Source: Acidimicrobiia bacterium
GTDB lineage: Bacteria; Actinomycetota; Acidimicrobiia; Spongiisociales; ZC4RG35
DNA: 64,000 bases
NCBI GenBank assembly: GCA_041747375.1
Contig: JBGTFH010000078.1
Coordinates: 37,558-101,557 of the forward strand
Direction: 5' to 3'
The position numbers and the translations under genes were made by a program. Numbering within the stretch: the first letter of the stretch is position 1; the number at the start of each line of letters is the position of its first letter. Below are positions 26,274 through 35,963 of this stretch, in pieces. The notes below the pieces were generated by a model that did not search any database, was not told where the DNA came from, and saw nothing but the letters and a program-made list of their open reading frames with translations.

Positions 26274-27845
26274 GTGAATCAAACAAACGGCGCAGCGGCG
26301 GTGCGCGCGGCCGAGGTGATCGGCTCAGCGTGCCTCGCCACCGACCTCGCGATGGGATTTCCCTTCGAGCATGGGATCGAGTCGACCGTAGTCGCCTCCC
26401 GGCTGGCACGACTCCTAGATGTCGCCATTGAGACCGAAGCGGAGGTCTTCTACGTCAGCCTCCTCATGTATCTGGGATGCAACACCGATTCAGAAGAGAA
26501 TCTCCACCTCTTCGGGGGGTCAATGTTGGAGAATCTCACCCCACATCAGTTCGGGGGGAATCTCGAGATGTTCAAAGGAGTACTTCGGACTCTCCCCGAC
26601 CCTGACGCTGGCGCCATGGCCAGGTCCTATCAGGTGGTTTCCCGTCTACCCCAGGCGCGTAGCTTCCAGGGCGACCACTTCGCTTCGATGTGCGAGGTAG
26701 CGGTTGTTTTGTCGGAGAGGCTTGGTGCCCCTGGTGAAGTGAGTCGGATGTTCAACGTGCTCACCGAGCGTTGGGACGGCAAAGGGGTACTCGGGCGGGC
26801 GTCGAGAGAAGACGTGCCGATTGCACTGCGAATCGCACAGGTGGCCCGCGACGGTGCGTTCCAGAACCTGATCGGCGGGGTTAGCCACGCCGCTGCCGTG
26901 GTGAGGGAAAGGGCAGGCCGTGCTTTCGACCCGACCATCGCCGTGACCTTCGCCGACAATGCCGCCGACCTGCTCGCTGTCGATACGGAAGGATCAGCCT
27001 GGTCCGACTTTCTCGCCCTCGAGCCCAAACCTCACCGAATGCTCGACGCCGAGGAGTTCGATCGGGCCGTCGCTGCCTTGGGGGACTTCGCCGACATGGT
27101 CTCGCCTCGGATGGGCGGTCATTCATCCGGGGTTGCCGACCTGGCCGAGGCGGCCGCCCTCGTCACGGGACTCGACGAGGCGGACAGACGCCGCGTCCGA
27201 CACGCCGCCCTGGTCCATGACGTCGGTCGGCTCGCAGTCCACCCCCGGGTCTGGCAGAAGCCGGGTCCGCTCACCGCGGACGAGTGGGAACAGGTTCGGC
27301 TCCATCCCTATCACACCGGCCGCGTCCTGGCGCCCGCGCTCGCGCTCCAGGGCCTTGCCGACGTGGCGTGTTGTCACCATGAAAGGGTCGACGGGTCGGG
27401 TTATCACCGTGGGGTTCCCGCCGCCGCCCTCGCTCCAGGTGCCCGGCTCCTAGGCGCGGCCGACGCCTTTCACGCCATGGGCGAGCTCCGCCACCACCGA
27501 GATCCGCTGGGCAGCCAGAAAGCCGCAGAGGCACTGGCAGATCAGGCGAAAAAGGGGTATCTGGACCCGGATGCGGTAGCAGCCGTCATCGAGGCGGCGG
27601 GGCTGGATCCATTGGAGGTTTCCGACCCGGGCGACCTCACATCCCGAGAGGCCGAGGTGATCGGTCTACTGGCCCGTGGGTTGCAAACAAAGCAGATAGC
27701 CTCCCGCCTGGGCATCTCTCCGAAGACCGCTGACCACCACATCCAAAACGCTTACCGCAAGATGGATGTTTCCACCAGGGCCGCAGCCGCTCTTTACGCC
27801 AGTGAACACGGACTGGTGCCGTGGGGAGAACTCCCCATTAAATAG
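26274..27845 (+). CDS. HD-GYP-like phosphohydrolase domain fused to a LuxR-type HTH
   Basis: HSSGVADL...LVHDVGRLAV...HHERVDGSGYHRG (an HD-GYP-like motif with GYH in place of GYP). The C-terminal LTSREAEVIGLLARGLQTKQIASRLGISPKTADHHIQNAYRKM is a GerE/LuxR HTH. GTG start. Confidence 0.8.
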   Translation: MNQTNGAAAVRAAEVIGSACLATDLAMGFPFEHGIESTVVASRLARLLDVAIETEAEVFYVSLLMYLGCNTDSEENLHLFGGSMLENLTPHQFGGNLEMFKGVLRTLPDPDAGAMARSYQVVSRLPQARSFQGDHFASMCEVAVVLSERLGAPGEVSRMFNVLTERWDGKGVLGRASREDVPIALRIAQVARDGAFQNLIGGVSHAAAVVRERAGRAFDPTIAVTFADNAADLLAVDTEGSAWSDFLALEPKPHRMLDAEEFDRAVAALGDFADMVSPRMGGHSSGVADLAEAAALVTGLDEADRRRVRHAALVHDVGRLAVHPRVWQKPGPLTADEWEQVRLHPYHTGRVLAPALALQGLADVACCHHERVDGSGYHRGVPAAALAPGARLLGAADAFHAMGELRHHRDPLGSQKAAEALADQAKKGYLDPDAVAAVIEAAGLDPLEVSDPGDLTSREAEVIGLLARGLQTKQIASRLGISPKTADHHIQNAYRKMDVSTRAAAALYASEHGLVPWGELPIK

Positions 27846-27873
27846 AGATCTCCTACCCCGTACTTTCGTGGGT

Positions 27874-28236
27874 ATGAGAAGCAGCCACGACACCAGGACA
27901 TCGCCCCAGCATCTGGGTGTTGCGATTCTGGGCAGCTTCGTACTGGTGGCCGCAATCGTGGTGACCTCGATTCAGGATGGATCAGCCTTTGGGACGCCTG
28001 GATACTGGGCATGGATCCTGACCGGGTTCCAGGTTGTCGCACTCCGTGCAGCGGCGACCGGCCGAAGTTCGGGTTGGCTGTTGGGAGCGTCTGTTCAACT
28101 TCCCTGGATTGCGTACGCACTGGTCACCTCGCAGTTCGGTTTTATCCCCGGTTGCCTCATCTCCGCAGTTGTCCAGGCCAACGGTTACCTGCGTCGATCG
28201 CCAACAAGCCACCTCAAGAAGCCCACCTACGCATAA
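27874..28236 (+). CDS. small integral membrane protein, unknown function
   Basis: 120 aa with 3-4 hydrophobic segments. I chose ATG 27874 because the upstream extension overlaps the previous gene. Confidence 0.45.
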   Translation: MRSSHDTRTSPQHLGVAILGSFVLVAAIVVTSIQDGSAFGTPGYWAWILTGFQVVALRAAATGRSSGWLLGASVQLPWIAYALVTSQFGFIPGCLISAVVQANGYLRRSPTSHLKKPTYA

Positions 28237-28246
28237 GGAGAAGACC

Positions 28247-29395
28247 ATGACTGCCCAACCAGCACAGAAATCTCAAGAGGCCCTGTCGATGACCGACCGG
28301 GTCCTGGACACGCTCGTAATCGGGGGCGGGCAGACCGGGCTCACCGTGGGGTACGAGTTGTCCCAAACCGGCCGGTCGTTCGTCATACTCGACGCCAGCC
28401 AGAGGGTCGGCGACGCATGGCGCAATCGCTGGGACTCATTGGTCATGTTCACCCCCTCCGGATTCTTCGAACTCCCCGGGATGGACTTCCCCGCACCTGC
28501 TGAGCATTTTGTATCCAAAGATGAGGCTGCCGACTTCATGGAGGTCTATGCCAGGGAAATGGCACTTCCCCTGATCTCCGGCGCCCGCGTTGACCGGCTC
28601 AGCAAAGACGATTCGCTCTTCGTGGCCGAGACGACAGAGGGCACCTTTCGCTCTCACAATGTCGTCGTGGCGATGGCCAACTACCAGGTCCCGAAGATAC
28701 CGGCCTTCGCCGGATCTCTGGCCAACGGAATAGTGCAGATTCACTCCAGCGAGTACCGGAATCCCAAATCGCTTGGCCGCGGCCCTTCGCTCGTGGTGGG
28801 GATGGGCAACTCCGGTGCCGAGATCGGCCTTGAGCTGGCCAGGGACCGGGATACCTACGTCGCAGGCGAACCCAGCGCGGTCATCCCGTTCCGAATCGAC
28901 AGCTGGCTCGGACGCAAGATAGGCATCAAGCTGGTCCGATTCATGGCGACCAAGGTGTTGACCACGTCGACCCCGATTGGCCGAAAGGTCCGGCCAAAAC
29001 TTCTACATCAGTCAGCCCCGGTTGTTCGGGTCAAAATGCGCGATCTCAAAGCAGAAGGAGCAAAGCGGGTTCCCAGGGTCATCGGCGTAAAGGATGGACT
29101 TCCCCAATTGGAAGATGGAAGAGTCCTCGATGTCGGGAGTGTCGTCTGGTGCACGGGATACCAACCGGGGTTCGACTGGATCGATCTGGATGTCTTCGGC
29201 GAAGACGGCAAACCGGTCTATGAGCGGGGTGTTGTCCACGAGGTTCCTGGCCTCTACTTCTGCGGGCAATTCTTCCAACATTCCCTCTGGTCAGAGACCG
29301 TCGCCGCGATGCCCTATGACGCCCGCTACATCGTCAACCACATGGAGTCGAGCAAGGCCAGCGCGGGTCTCACCCACGCCGCAGGCCCGGAGTAG
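28247..29395 (+). CDS. flavin-containing monooxygenase-like NAD(P)/FAD-dependent oxidoreductase
   Basis: RBS AAGGAG lies 6 nt upstream of ATG 28247. Two dinucleotide-binding motifs are present: LVIGGGQTGLTVG and VVGMGNSGAEIG. Confidence 0.8.
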   Translation: MTAQPAQKSQEALSMTDRVLDTLVIGGGQTGLTVGYELSQTGRSFVILDASQRVGDAWRNRWDSLVMFTPSGFFELPGMDFPAPAEHFVSKDEAADFMEVYAREMALPLISGARVDRLSKDDSLFVAETTEGTFRSHNVVVAMANYQVPKIPAFAGSLANGIVQIHSSEYRNPKSLGRGPSLVVGMGNSGAEIGLELARDRDTYVAGEPSAVIPFRIDSWLGRKIGIKLVRFMATKVLTTSTPIGRKVRPKLLHQSAPVVRVKMRDLKAEGAKRVPRVIGVKDGLPQLEDGRVLDVGSVVWCTGYQPGFDWIDLDVFGEDGKPVYERGVVHEVPGLYFCGQFFQHSLWSETVAAMPYDARYIVNHMESSKASAGLTHAAGPE

Positions 29396-29425
29396 GTTCA
29401 AAATTCCTGTTGCCGTCTGGCTGGG

Positions 29426-29447
29426 GACGGGGGACCCGTCTAGTTTT
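29426..29447 (+). terminator. possible intrinsic terminator after the monooxygenase gene
   Basis: Hairpin GACGGG-gga-CCCGTC followed by TAGTTTT, 30 nt after the stop codon. The stem is short. Confidence 0.35.
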
Positions 29448-29487
29448 GCTTGATGCAAAAACCAGTCCGACCAGCCAGGAATGACCC

Positions 29488-30171
29488 TTGACCACCCGCA
29501 GCCGGATTCTATGGCGGGTTTCGCCACCGATCATCAGAGGCGCCGGAAGGCTGTTCTTCTCCCTCGAAGTGTCCCGACAAGGTGATTTCCCTCGAGGGGC
29601 TTTTGTCATCGCGGCCAACCACTACTCACATTTCGATCCGCCAGTGATCGGCGCGGCGGTTCGAAAACCCATGAGGTTTCTCGCCCTCGATGACCTCTTC
29701 GGGGTCAGCCCGTTGCTCGATTGGCTGGTCGAGGGATACGGCGCCATTCCCACACCACGGGATAGACGACCGATCGCCGCCGTGAGGACTGCTCTACGCG
29801 CACTCCATTCGGGGGAGGTCGTCGCAGTTTTCCCCGAGGCAACCAGGGTGTCGCATTGGGGGACCCTCCCGCCAAAGCGGGGGGCCGCATGGTTGGCGAC
29901 CCGGGCACAGGTTCCGCTCGTCCCGGTGGCGGTGATCGGGACAGGGCGCGCCATGGACTTGGAGAATCGGATACGCCGATCTCCGGTCACTGTCGTCATC
30001 GGTGAGCCGCTAGAGCCCGACGGGGATTCCAACGCTCTCACCGGGCGCTGGGCGGATTGGATTACCGCCCAAGTCCAAGCTTTTCCCGACAGCGAAGTCG
30101 ATGGGCCACCACGTGCCTACTTCAGCGGCGACGAGGACGGAGCAGCACCGGGGCATTCCTCCGCAGAATAG
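29488..30171 (+). CDS. 1-acyl-sn-glycerol-3-phosphate acyltransferase-like (PlsC family)
   Basis: Acyltransferase HX4D motif NHYSHFDPPV and the FPEATR motif. The TTG start is uncertain. Confidence 0.75.
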   Translation: MTTRSRILWRVSPPIIRGAGRLFFSLEVSRQGDFPRGAFVIAANHYSHFDPPVIGAAVRKPMRFLALDDLFGVSPLLDWLVEGYGAIPTPRDRRPIAAVRTALRALHSGEVVAVFPEATRVSHWGTLPPKRGAAWLATRAQVPLVPVAVIGTGRAMDLENRIRRSPVTVVIGEPLEPDGDSNALTGRWADWITAQVQAFPDSEVDGPPRAYFSGDEDGAAPGHSSAE

Positions 30172-30183
30172 AATTGGAGAGGC

Positions 30184-31119
30184 ATGGAAAGTCGTTCGCC
30201 TCCTTCCGAGAGTCCCGGCGGACTCACTGTCACCCTGTTTGTCGCCGCTGTCTTGATCGGCGGTACGAACTTCATCGCCGTCCGATTCAGCAACAGGGAA
30301 CTCGACCCCTTCTGGGGAGCCGGATTGAGGTTTGGCCTCGCCGCGAGCCTGTTCATAGTCATCGCCTTGATCCTGCGGCTTCGTCCTCCTCGCGGCCGCG
30401 ACCTGTGGATGACCGTCCTCTACGGGCAGTTGAGCTTCGCCATCTCCTATGCGTTGATGTATTGGGCGCTGGTACGGATAAACGCTGGACTTGCCGCAGT
30501 GGTGCTCGCGGTGGTCCCGCTGGTGACGGTGCTCCTTGCTGCTGTACACGGCATGGAGCGACTGACCGCTCGATCCATGTTGGGCTCAGTGCTGGCCATC
30601 GCCGGGATCCTCTGGATGACACTGGGGCCCGAGGAAGTCGTGCTCCCATTTACTGCTCTTGTAGCGATGCTGTTGGCTGTTGCTTCCATCTCGGAGAGCG
30701 TGATCGTTTCAAAGAAGGTATCTGCCAACCACCCGGTGATGACCAATGCGGTTGGAATGACGACGGGTGCTCTGGTCCTCCTGGCGATCTCCGCGACGGC
30801 CGGCGAGACGTGGATTCGACCGACGGAGCCCGAGGCGGTCTGGGCTGTGGCCTATCTGGCAACCGTGGGCTCGGTAGGGCTCTTCGTGCTCTTCTTGCTC
30901 GTTGTTCGAAAGTGGACGGCCAGCGCCACTTCGTACGCCTTCGTCCTCTTTCCGGTGGTGACGATGCTCCTCGGCGCGTTGATCGCCGATGAGGCGCTTT
31001 CGGTCCAGGGGATCATCGGTGCGGTCCTCGTAATGTCGGGGGTCTGGTTCGGAGCGCTCTCACCGGCAGCACGGGGAGCGACCCGTCCCAAGCTGCAGAG
31101 TGCCACCGGCAATGCCTAG
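30184..31119 (+). CDS. DMT/EamA family transporter
   Basis: 311 aa with about 10 hydrophobic segments arranged as two EamA-like halves. Confidence 0.75.
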   Translation: MESRSPPSESPGGLTVTLFVAAVLIGGTNFIAVRFSNRELDPFWGAGLRFGLAASLFIVIALILRLRPPRGRDLWMTVLYGQLSFAISYALMYWALVRINAGLAAVVLAVVPLVTVLLAAVHGMERLTARSMLGSVLAIAGILWMTLGPEEVVLPFTALVAMLLAVASISESVIVSKKVSANHPVMTNAVGMTTGALVLLAISATAGETWIRPTEPEAVWAVAYLATVGSVGLFVLFLLVVRKWTASATSYAFVLFPVVTMLLGALIADEALSVQGIIGAVLVMSGVWFGALSPAARGATRPKLQSATGNA

Positions 31120-31145
31120 GCCGCCCGAGCAGGTCGGACAACTCG

Positions 31146-32120
31146 TCACTCCACATGAATAACGATATGGCCACGCTTCTGGCCGGTCTCCGCATATTCA
31201 TGGGCGTCCGCAGTCTCTTCCAGGGGATAGCGACGATCAATCGCCACCTCGAGTTCACCATTGGCCACCATGCCTAGCAAGGTGGTGAGGGCCTGGCGAC
31301 TCTCCCCTTCGGAAACAAATCGGGAACGACGTTGCCCGCGATGCCGCGAGAATTTGCTCTGAATGAGCCGGAACAGAGACAAATTGGAGTGGAGGTACAG
31401 CCCACCCGGCTTCAACGACGGAGCGGCACGATGAAAGTTGCTCTTATCGACGACGTCGAGAATCAGGTCATATGCATCGAGATTCCTGGTGAAGTCGTTA
31501 TGGGTGTAGTCGATGACATGGGCGGCGCCGAGTGATGACATGAACTCCAACTTGTCGGTCCGGTCGACTGCTGTCACCTCCGCGCCTGCTCTCCTTGCGA
31601 GTTGGATGGCAAAGCTGCCGATACTGCCTCCCCCACCATTGATCAAGACGGACTGACCCCGTCCCGGCGCGGCACGGGTGACGAAGTAGTTGCCGTAAAG
31701 ACCCGCGGTCGGAAGTGTTGCGGCGTCTTCGAAGGAAACGCCTTCTTGAATAGAAGCAACGATCCCATTTTCGCTGACGGTTGCGTACTCGGCATAACCG
31801 CCAAAACCGAAGCCGGCATGTGCGCATACTCTGTCACCGACTTCGAATCGGGAAACTGCATCGCCGACGGCAACCACATCTCCGGCGAACTCCTGGCCCG
31901 GAATCCGCTCGCCCCGGGGACGGAAAATCCCAAAGTAGAGGCGGAGCGGCACGGTGAGGATGTTCCAGAATCGGAACCGACGCATTTCGACCTCACCGGC
32001 GGTCACTGTTGTCGCCCTCACGGCAACGAGCAGTTCGTGGTCCCGGGGCACCGGTCGGGCCACATCGCGTAGCTGAAGTACATCCGGCGGGCCATATGCG
32101 GTCCAGACAACAGCTTTCAT
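31146..32120 (-). CDS. NAD(P)-dependent zinc-type alcohol dehydrogenase / quinone oxidoreductase (MDR superfamily)
   Basis: N terminus MKAVVWTAYGPPDVLQL and nucleotide-binding motif VLINGGGGSIGSFAIQLA. Confidence 0.8.
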   Translation of the reverse strand: MKAVVWTAYGPPDVLQLRDVARPVPRDHELLVAVRATTVTAGEVEMRRFRFWNILTVPLRLYFGIFRPRGERIPGQEFAGDVVAVGDAVSRFEVGDRVCAHAGFGFGGYAEYATVSENGIVASIQEGVSFEDAATLPTAGLYGNYFVTRAAPGRGQSVLINGGGGSIGSFAIQLARRAGAEVTAVDRTDKLEFMSSLGAAHVIDYTHNDFTRNLDAYDLILDVVDKSNFHRAAPSLKPGGLYLHSNLSLFRLIQSKFSRHRGQRRSRFVSEGESRQALTTLLGMVANGELEVAIDRRYPLEETADAHEYAETGQKRGHIVIHVE

Positions 32121-32163
32121 GAATCGTCCAGGTTAAGAGCAGAGCGCGCCGGCCGAAAGCTCT

Positions 32164-33216
32164 CTACGAGTTCTCCCAGTCGACAACGATATCTCTGTCG
32201 TCGGCGTCGGGGATGGGCATCGACCTTGCTTCGTTCTCGATATTGTCCTGTGCCGCCCTGGCGAGTCGGCGCCAGGGATGGATCAGCACCCTGGTCTTGG
32301 ATCGACGCCAGGTCCCGACGATTTCGCCATCGACCAGCACTGCTCCCGGCCAGACCCGGGAAGTCCACAACAAATTTCGGTTGTCGGGGTCGGGCACGAG
32401 TAGCTCACGATCAGGCCCCTGGAGGAGGTAGTAGGCGTCGCCGCTGGGCAGTAGTCGGGCAGTAGCGGGCCTCCCTGCGTCGGAGCGAAGGTCGGCCTCG
32501 TCTTCAGGGAGAATGAGGGCATCGCCGATCGGGGTCGCTACGGGAACAAGTGATGAAGCAAGGGCGTCGAACGCGGCCCGGGCTTCATTTGTCCGGATCC
32601 CTGCCCAAAGACCGAACGCTTCCGGGGTGGAAGGTCCGAAGATGTGTAGGTAGCGGCGCGCCAGTTCGAGTCTGGCATCGGTCGGATCGACCTCGGGGGC
32701 TGGAACTATCCAGATCTCCGGCTGGCGGGCGCCGTCCCATCGGATCAATACCCTCCCGGTGGGAGCGGCATAACGGAGACTGTTGAGATGCATCTCACCA
32801 AGACCCCGCGCGGCCGCAGCGAGGCCCCGGGCGGCCTCCCCGAAGGGCATCCGGGCTCCACCCAGAAAGGCCTCGAGCCGGTCGGCGAGGTCCTCGCCGA
32901 TGCGACGACGCTTGGGGTCGTCAGGAAGTCTCCCCAATGTGAAAATGGCGCGGTCGTCAGCGGCGACAACGAAGACACTGAACCGGGGACCCCACAGTTG
33001 TACGAGAGTCGGGTCTTCCCAACTGTTGGAACTGGTTCCCTCCATGCGAGCATGGATCGACAGGACGGCGGCCCGCGGCATGCTGTCTTGCAGCCCGACA
33101 TATGCCACCCGGCCCAGAGTTCGCTTTCCCCGGGGGAGGCGCTGATCGAGCGCCCCGACCCTCCGTCGGTACGCGAGTATCTGTTGTCGGGTCAGGTCAA
33201 GCCGGGTCGATGCCAC
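32164..33216 (-). CDS. winged-helix DNA-binding domain protein (DUF1006 / YcaQ-like)
   Basis: 350 aa. The N-terminal LTRQQILAYRRRVGALDQRL...GLQDSMPRAAVLSIHAR pattern is typical of this family. The assignment is from recollection only. Confidence 0.55.
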   Translation of the reverse strand: MASTRLDLTRQQILAYRRRVGALDQRLPRGKRTLGRVAYVGLQDSMPRAAVLSIHARMEGTSSNSWEDPTLVQLWGPRFSVFVVAADDRAIFTLGRLPDDPKRRRIGEDLADRLEAFLGGARMPFGEAARGLAAAARGLGEMHLNSLRYAAPTGRVLIRWDGARQPEIWIVPAPEVDPTDARLELARRYLHIFGPSTPEAFGLWAGIRTNEARAAFDALASSLVPVATPIGDALILPEDEADLRSDAGRPATARLLPSGDAYYLLQGPDRELLVPDPDNRNLLWTSRVWPGAVLVDGEIVGTWRRSKTRVLIHPWRRLARAAQDNIENEARSMPIPDADDRDIVVDWENS

Positions 33217-33310
33217 ACGTAATTCCCATTTTCTCGAAAGTGTATTTTGCCCTCACGAGCCCCGGTTGTCTCTCTCAAGGCCCGTGATCGGGTCCGAAAC
33301 CGTAAAGTCC

Positions 33311-34135
33311 ATGCGTATGACTTCTCAGAGCGACCGTACCGCCCGGTTCCACGAACTTCACGAGACGGGATGCTTCGTAATGCCTAATCCCTGGGACGCC
33401 GGGAGCGCCCGAGCCTTGGCCGATATGGCCTTTCCGGCTTTGGCGACAACCAGCGCCGGGGCAGCCTGGACATTGGGCCTCGCCGACAACCAAATCACCC
33501 TGGAACAGTCCCTGGAGCACCTGCGCACTATTGCGTCATCCGTCGATGTGCCAGTGAATGCCGACTTCGAGGGTGGCTTCGCTCGCGACCCCGACGGCCT
33601 TGCCGCTAACGTCAAGCGGGCCACGGAAACCGGGATCGCGGGGCTCTCCATCGAAGACTCCACGGGCGACGAGACCGAGCCTTTGTACCAGTTCGATCTC
33701 GCAGTCGAGCGGGTCCGGGCCGCGCGAAATGCGATCGATGAGACGGGGACCGGGGTCGTCCTCACGGGCAGGTCCGAGGGCTTCGTGGCGGGACGTCCCG
33801 ACATCGAAGAGACCGTGCGGAGACTCGCCGCCTACGCCGAGGCAGGCGCCGACTGTCTCTACGCACCACGGCTCGGCACCGTCGCGCAGATCGAAGCGGT
33901 GGTGAAGGCCGTGTCACCCAGGCCGGTGAACCTCCTTATCAATGCCCCTTTCATAACCGTCGCCGAAGCGGCCTCGATGGGGGTGCGGCGCATCAGCGTC
34001 GGCGGAACATTGGCCCGGACCGCATGGGGTGGATTCCTCCGGTCGGCGCAGGAGATCCGGGACGAGGGCACCTTCTCGCACTTTCAAGACTTGCCCAACG
34101 TCGACGCCCTGTTCCAGAACCAGGAGTCCGGCTGA
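33311..34135 (+). CDS. isocitrate lyase / PEP mutase family protein (2-methylisocitrate lyase-like)
   Basis: FHELHETGCFVMPNPWDAGSA and GIAGLSIEDS motifs. I chose ATG 33311. Confidence 0.8.
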   Translation: MRMTSQSDRTARFHELHETGCFVMPNPWDAGSARALADMAFPALATTSAGAAWTLGLADNQITLEQSLEHLRTIASSVDVPVNADFEGGFARDPDGLAANVKRATETGIAGLSIEDSTGDETEPLYQFDLAVERVRAARNAIDETGTGVVLTGRSEGFVAGRPDIEETVRRLAAYAEAGADCLYAPRLGTVAQIEAVVKAVSPRPVNLLINAPFITVAEAASMGVRRISVGGTLARTAWGGFLRSAQEIRDEGTFSHFQDLPNVDALFQNQESG

Positions 34136-34142
34136 CGGTGCT

Positions 34143-35873
34143 CTAGTTGGTGATCCGTTCGATGGTCTGACGGACCGCGCTCTTGACACCATCCATGGCC
34201 TCACTCCCTGAGGCGAACTCCCGAACCTTGGCTTTGGTGTACCCGAGGGCAAACTTGAGTTCGATGGTCGGCGGCATCGTCACCTCATCCGGGTTGACGA
34301 CAACGTCGACCACAGAGGGACGGTTCGACGCCAGGGCTGCAGCTATGGCGCCGTCGAGGTCGGCCGGATCCTCGACCCTCCAGCCTTCGGCGCCCATCGC
34401 CCGGGCGACTTCGGCAAAATTTGGGTTTTGGAGCTCGATCCCAAATGCGGGGAGACCTTCGGCTTCTTGCTCCACCCCGATCAACCCCAGCTTCGAGTTG
34501 TTAAAGACGACGACGGTGATGGGAAGTTCGAGGTCGACTGCGGTGATCAGATCGCCGATCAACATCGAGAAACCCCCGTCACCGGCAAGCGCCACCACCG
34601 GCGACTCGGGGTAGGCAAGTTGGGCCCCGATCGCCCCCGGAAGGGCTATCGCCATCGATGCCAGGTTGGCGGAGAGGGTGAATCGGTCGCCATGCTTGAT
34701 GTCGAGGTGGCGAGCGGCCCACACGGTGACGGTGCCGGTGTCACAGACAAAAATCGTTCCGGGCTTGGTATGACGACTCAAGGTGGCAGCTAAGCGTTGC
34801 GGCCGTATCGGGGCAGAGTCGTCAGACTCGGCGGCAGCCATCTCGGCCCTCCATTCAGCAGCCCCGTCAGTCGCCTTGGCCAGGTGCTTTCCCCCATCGG
34901 AGGGGGCGACCATCCCTTTGAGCTGTCGCAACGCGGCACCGGCGTCGCCGACCAGGCCGACGTCCACACCGGTCCGGTTGCCGATCTGGGCGGGGTCGAT
35001 GTCGATCTGGATGGTCTTCGCCTTCTCCGGGTAGAACTCCTTGTATGGGAAATCGGTGCCGACCATCAACAGGACGTCGGTGCGGTCCATCGCTTCGACC
35101 GATGCCGTTGTTCCGAGCAGACCGAGACCGCCGGTGGAGAGGGGGTGGGAGTCCGGAATCAGGTCCTTGGCCCGCAGGGTTCTGATCACCGGTGCACCGA
35201 TATGTTCCGCCAGCGCAAGGACCTCGGGGATGGCTGCACGGGCGCCTATCCCGACGAGGATGGTGACGGCATTCCCCTCGTCGATGAGTCGGGCTGCGGC
35301 TTCGACGTCGCCTGGTTCCGGATTGGGAAACCCGATCGCCGGTGCGCTTCCGGCGTGGCCTGAGGTGTCAACCGGGGCGAGGGCCAGATCGGACGGGAGG
35401 ACGAGATGTGCCACCCCGCGACCCCGCAACGCCTCCCGTATCGCCTTATCGACGAGTTCAGGCATCTGCTCCGGATTTATGATCGTCTCGCTGAACACTG
35501 CGACGTCCTCGAAGAGGCGGGCGATGTCGATTTCCTGATGAGCCTCAGAGCCGATTTGCGAGGTCTCCACCTGGCCGGTGATGGCGAGGATCGGGGCGTG
35601 GTCCAATTTGGCGTCGTAGAGGCCATTGAGAAGATGGATTGCGCCAGGCCCGGCAGTGCCGGCGACGACTCCGAGACCGCCCGTGAGCTTGGCCTGCACA
35701 CCAGCGGCAAACGCGCCTGCCTCTTCGTGACGCACGGTGACGAAATCGACTCCGTTGTGACGACGGGCGGCGTCGAGAAGACCGTTGATGGCGTCACCGG
35801 GGATTCCGAAAATGTGACGGGCTCCGGCAGCGTGTACAGCGTCGAGGATGACAGTGGCAAGGTCGGTGGACAT
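34143..35873 (-). CDS. thiamine-diphosphate-dependent enzyme, pyruvate oxidase/dehydrogenase (PoxB)-like
   Basis: N-terminal IFGIPGDAINGLLDA...RHEEAGAFAA and the ThDP-binding motif GDGGFSMLIGDL...NNS. Confidence 0.85.
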   Translation of the reverse strand: MSTDLATVILDAVHAAGARHIFGIPGDAINGLLDAARRHNGVDFVTVRHEEAGAFAAGVQAKLTGGLGVVAGTAGPGAIHLLNGLYDAKLDHAPILAITGQVETSQIGSEAHQEIDIARLFEDVAVFSETIINPEQMPELVDKAIREALRGRGVAHLVLPSDLALAPVDTSGHAGSAPAIGFPNPEPGDVEAAARLIDEGNAVTILVGIGARAAIPEVLALAEHIGAPVIRTLRAKDLIPDSHPLSTGGLGLLGTTASVEAMDRTDVLLMVGTDFPYKEFYPEKAKTIQIDIDPAQIGNRTGVDVGLVGDAGAALRQLKGMVAPSDGGKHLAKATDGAAEWRAEMAAAESDDSAPIRPQRLAATLSRHTKPGTIFVCDTGTVTVWAARHLDIKHGDRFTLSANLASMAIALPGAIGAQLAYPESPVVALAGDGGFSMLIGDLITAVDLELPITVVVFNNSKLGLIGVEQEAEGLPAFGIELQNPNFAEVARAMGAEGWRVEDPADLDGAIAAALASNRPSVVDVVVNPDEVTMPPTIELKFALGYTKAKVREFASGSEAMDGVKSAVRQTIERITN

Positions 35874-35963
35874 GGGCAGAAACTACCCGACCCGGGTCGC
35901 AACTAAACCCCGTGCGTAGTCGAACTCACGTTCAGGTGGACATCTTCTGCCTGCCTCAACCGC

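Noticed and set aside
35888-35899. 12-bp palindrome CGACCCGGGTCG upstream of the PoxB-like gene, as an operator.
   Set aside because: It is short, GC-rich and contains a SmaI-type CCCGGG core. Such a sequence is expected by chance in high-GC DNA, and no partner regulator is adjacent.
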